NCBI GenBank assembly: GCA_002269645.1
Contig: NIVC01004089.1
Location: forward strand, 1 to 34,143
DNA: 34,143 bases
From: Macrostomum lignano
Taxonomy: Eukaryota
Direction of reading: 5' to 3'
Within the stretch, counting starts at the first letter, position 1. Each line of letters begins with the position of its first letter. This document shows positions 30,530 through 34,143 of the stretch, in pieces. The notes below the pieces were generated by a model, which was not told the DNA's origin, ran no database searches, and was given only the letters and a program-made list of their open reading frames with translations. A program made the translations under genes and the position numbers.

Positions 30530-31741
30530 TTCAGGTAGATTATCTCCGAATCTTCAGGTAGATTATTGGACTTTCAGGTAGATTAATAAAATTTTCAGGT
30601 AGATTATTGAAATCTTCAGGTAGATTATTGAAATCTTCAGGTAGAATAAATTGAAATCTTCAGGTAGAATAAATTGAAATCTTCAGGTAGATTATTGAAA
30701 TCGTCAGGTAGATTAATAAAATCTTCACGTATATCTTCAGGTAGATTATTGAAATCTTCAGGTAGATTATTGAAATCTTCAGGTAGATTATTGAAATCTT
30801 CAGGTAGATAATTGAAATCTTCAGGTAGATAATTGAAATCTTCAGGTAGATAATTGAAATCTTCAGGTAGATAAATGAAATCTTCAGGTAGATAATTGAA
30901 ATCTTCAGGTAGATAAATGAAATCTTCAGGTAGATAAATGAAATCTTCAGATAGATTATTGAAATCTTCAGGTAGATTATTGAAATCTTCGGGTAGATTA
31001 TTGAAATCTTCAGGTAGATTATTGAAATCTTCAGGTAGATTAAATTGAAATCTTCAGGTAGATTAATAAAATCTTCACGTAGATCTTCAGGTAGATTATT
31101 GAAATCTTCAGGTAGATAATTGAAATCTTCAGGTAGATAATTGAAATCTTCAGGTAGATAAATGAAATCTTCAGGTAGATAATTGAAATCTTCAGGTAGA
31201 TAAATGAAATCTTCAGGTAGATAAATGAAATCTTCAGATAGATTATTGAAATCTTCAGGTAGATTATTAAAATCTTCGGGTAGATTATTGAAATCTTCGG
31301 GTAGATTATTGAAATCTTCAGGTAGATTATTGAAATCTTCAGGTAGATTATTGAAATCTTCAGGTAGATTATTGAAATCTTCAGGTAGATTATTGAAATC
31401 TTCAGGTAGATAAATGAAATCTTCAGGTAGATAAATGAAATCTTCAGATAGATTATTGAAATCTTCGGGTAGATTATTGAAATCTTCAGGTAGATTATTG
31501 AAATCTTCACGTAGATCTGCAGGTAGATTATTGAAATCTTCAGGTAGATTATTGAAATCTTCAGGTAAATTATTGAAATCTTCAGGTAGATTATTGAAAT
31601 CTTCACGTAGATCTGCAGGTAGATTATTGAAATCTTCAGGTAGATTATTGAAATCTTCACGTAGATCTGCAGGTAGATTATTGAAATCTTCAGGTAGATT
31701 ATTGAAATCTTCAGGTTGAGTAATGAAATCTTCAGGTAGAT
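30530..31741 (+). repeat. 21-bp minisatellite (consensus GAAATCTTCAGGTAGATTATT, roughly 55 units) filling the spinster intron
   Basis: Direct reading; variants ..GATAATT, ..GATAAAT, ..CGGGTAG, and a longer CACGTAGATCT(T/G)CAGG unit. Confidence 0.97.
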
Positions 31742-31771
31742 CTTATCAGAATCTCCCAAACCCTTTCCAAG

Positions 31772-32703
31772 GCGTGGTCTGCGTCCTGTTGCTGCTGCTC
31801 CAGTTCCGGGAGCCGGCCTGCGGCCAAGCCGAGAAATCCACGCACATGCACGCCACCTCCTGGCGGGACGATGTCCGCCATCTGCTGCGCAATCGCAGCT
31901 TCATGCTCAACACCCTCGGCTTCACCGCTGTTGCCTTCGTAGCCGGCGCCCTGACCTGGTGGACTCCGCTGATGCTGGACTTGGATCTGCAATTGCGCGG
32001 CGGCCCAGTTAAACCCGACCAAGCCGCCCTGGGCTTCGGCATTGTCACCTGCGTGGCTGGCATCGCCGGGGTGGCGCTGGGCAGCGAGATCGCCAGGCGG
32101 CTGCGCCATCGAATGCCGAATATTGATCCCATTGTGAACGGCGCAGGCCTGTTGCTGGCTGGCCCGTTCCTGTGGGCCACCCTGTACCTGGTGCCAGTTA
32201 GCGTGTACCTAACCTTGGTGCTGATGTTCGCCACGGAGTTGCTGCTGTGCTTGAACTGGGCTCTGGTTAATGAGATCACACTGAGAGTGACGGTGCCAAC
32301 CAGGCGGTCAATGGCTACTAGTATCAATATATTGGCCAGCCACCTGCTGGGAGACGCCGGTTCGCCTTACCTGGTTGGCCTGGCGTCGGATCTGATTGCC
32401 AAAAACTCGGCCTCGGTAGCTGTGAAATTCAGCGCCCTGCAGCTGGCCATGTACTGCTGCTGTTTCGTGTCCGTGCTGGGCGGCGGCGCCTTCCTAGCCT
32501 GCTCGCTGACTTACCTGGCCGACTGCGAGAGAGTGATTCGAATTGAACGGGAAGCGAATCGGTATTATCGAGCAGAGGGCGAGGCTTACACACCGCCCGC
32601 TAGCTTGCAGGCCTCCTCCTGTGATGGGGATCCGCAGCAGCAGTCTCCTACTGATAACAATGGCGGTCTGGTGGTTAACTGGGATGCCAATGCTATTGCT
32701 TGA
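31772..32703 (+). CDS. spns: Spinster-family MFS transporter, coding exon 2 (joined protein 537 aa)
   Basis: CCAAG acceptor ends at 31771, giving TPGL-G-VVCVLLLLLQFREP; TLGFTAVAFVAGAL, NWAL, HLLGDAGSPYLVGL motifs; 682+932=1614 nt, in frame. Confidence 0.9.
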
Positions 32704-33373
32704 TTTGGCTGGGGTCGGTGGGGTGCACAGGCTCCAAATAATGTAGAGTTCGACAAAATGACAAATATAAAAATGACGCAAGTTCAAAATGACATAACTT
32801 TGAAATTACGAAAAAAAACTCTTGAAAGGACCAGGTTCGAAATTACATAAGCTGGAAATGACAAAAATTTCGGACAAGATTACAAGCTGGAAAATTTCCT
32901 AAACCCGATAGTTTTTTTTACTACTCGTACAATTACCAGCCTTACAAGCTCGCAGTTTCGCATATAAGCAAACCCCATAGGTTAGCTTGAAACCAATGCT
33001 ACACAACGCTTGTGGATTCATCGAACTGCGGACTTACACTAGTAGATTACTTGTACGAGCTATTAGTGTCATTCTCTATTGTATAAAGATTTATCGATGT
33101 TTTAATCTAACGTTTGATTCCCGGATGAAGCGAGTATATTTTGATTTATTACCTTTGCTTGGTGTTACTTACAGAAACTGACACAACTAGATGCGTCACT
33201 TTAAAAGTTGTGAAAAAGTAGGCGTCTACTCTTTTTCAGTAGTTTTTCTGCGCTACTGAAAAGTGTCACTTAAATTTATGTGGCTTTTGGCTTTTCTTTC
33301 CTCTGGGTTTGCGGCCCGAGAATATTGGGTTGAGAATGAACAACAGGCATTTAATTCGATGTAATTGAACACA

Positions 33374-33764
33374 AGACGGACGAAACTCAGCCTAGGGGGA
33401 GCAGCCCAATCTAGCTTAGCCAATGAGAGAGCACTAGGGAGAGAGGTTAAAGTTAGACGGACGAAACTCAGCCTAGGGGGCAGGCCCAATCTACGAGTAG
33501 CTCAGCCAATGAGAGAGCAGTAAGGAGAGAGGTTAAAGTTAGACGGACGAAACTCAGCCTAGGGGCAGGCCCAATCTGGCCCAGCCAATGAGAGAGCACT
33601 AGGAGAGAGGTTAAAGTTAGACGGACGAAACTCAGCCTAGGGGCAGGCCCAATCTACGAGTAGCTCAGCCAATGAGAGAGCAGTAAGGAGAGAGGTTAAA
33701 GTTAGACGGACGAAACTCAGCCTAGGGGGCAGGCCCAATCTAGCTCAGCCAATGAGAGAGCAGT
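33374..33764 (+). repeat. ~78-86-bp tandem repeat, ~4.7 copies, two CCAAT motifs per unit
   Basis: AGACGGACGAAACTCAGCCTAGGGG starts at 33374, 33455, 33541, 33619 and 33704. Confidence 0.95.
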
Positions 33765-34143
33765 ATGATAAGATGTCAAAGTCAGACACAAGCAGGCACG
33801 AGAAAAGTCCAACTGTTTATCAGCCTGGCTGGGGGCTGGGGTGCCATCCCTTTTCTCTCTTGCTCGCTCTGCAAAAGCACTGGCTTTAAGTGTAGCTTCA
33901 GAAACTAAATGTCTTCATAAAAAAGCAATTTCATAAATAAAGGCAGAAAACCTAAATTTGCTAATGAAAAAGAATGAATAGGCGAATTTTAGCGAGTGAC
34001 CTATCTAGTTATTTCAGTGATCTTTCCTGTTTGATGTCACGCACTAATTTTATAAAAAAAAACTCCGATTCTATCATCTCTATTTTTATCCTGTAAATCA
34101 TGATTGCAGAATTGCGATTCAATTTGTGCAGTTTCCATTCAAA

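Noticed and set aside
30511-30561. Treating ORF 29722-30561 as a complete single-exon gene
   Set aside because: Spinster homology stops at the GTGAGT donor (30404) and resumes in frame at 31772.
30530-31741. CRISPR array
   Set aside because: Contiguous tandem units with no unique spacers, no cas genes, eukaryotic context.
31040-31759. 239-aa (LKISIIY)n ORF and (LKSSGRL)n ORFs as proteins
   Set aside because: Arithmetic consequence of a 21-bp stop-free repeat inside an intron.
33374-33764. Hammerhead ribozyme repeat (GACGAAAC core-like motif in each unit)
   Set aside because: No CUGANGA box and no pairable stem II on either strand.

Overview
Eukaryotic (animal-like) genomic DNA. Spliceosomal introns, transposon classes and a spinster gene with GC-rich codons point to an invertebrate; a flatworm such as Macrostomum is plausible but cannot be proven here. 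(1) 1-12.7 kb, + strand: the 3' part of a multi-exon gene built only from symmetric phase-1 exons. It encodes about 17 copies of a ~50-aa, very basic four-cysteine module (C-x9/10-C-x19/21-C-x10-C) in an A-B-C1C2 cassette. Part of the gene is a recent ~2.52-kb tandem duplication. (2) A young, full-length Ty3/Gypsy element (5929-11262; identical 196-bp LTRs, 4-bp TSD, tRNA-Leu PBS, GGGAAAC -1 frameshift site) sits in what was an 87-nt intron of that gene. (3) Inside its gag is a 376-bp retroposon with an 11-bp TSD and a (GAAA)n tail. Its 5' end folds as an HDV-like self-cleaving ribozyme, and it leaves gag in frame. (4) 17.8-22.7 kb: a frameshifted APE-RT LINE flanked by direct repeats of its own ends. 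(5) 22.9-29.7 kb: a CpG-depleted region of decayed transposons (mariner, nested MITEs). (6) 29.7-32.7 kb: a two-exon Spinster-family MFS transporter gene whose intron is a 21-bp minisatellite, followed by a CCAAT-rich ~80-bp tandem repeat. All coordinates and pairings were read by eye; no database searches were run.
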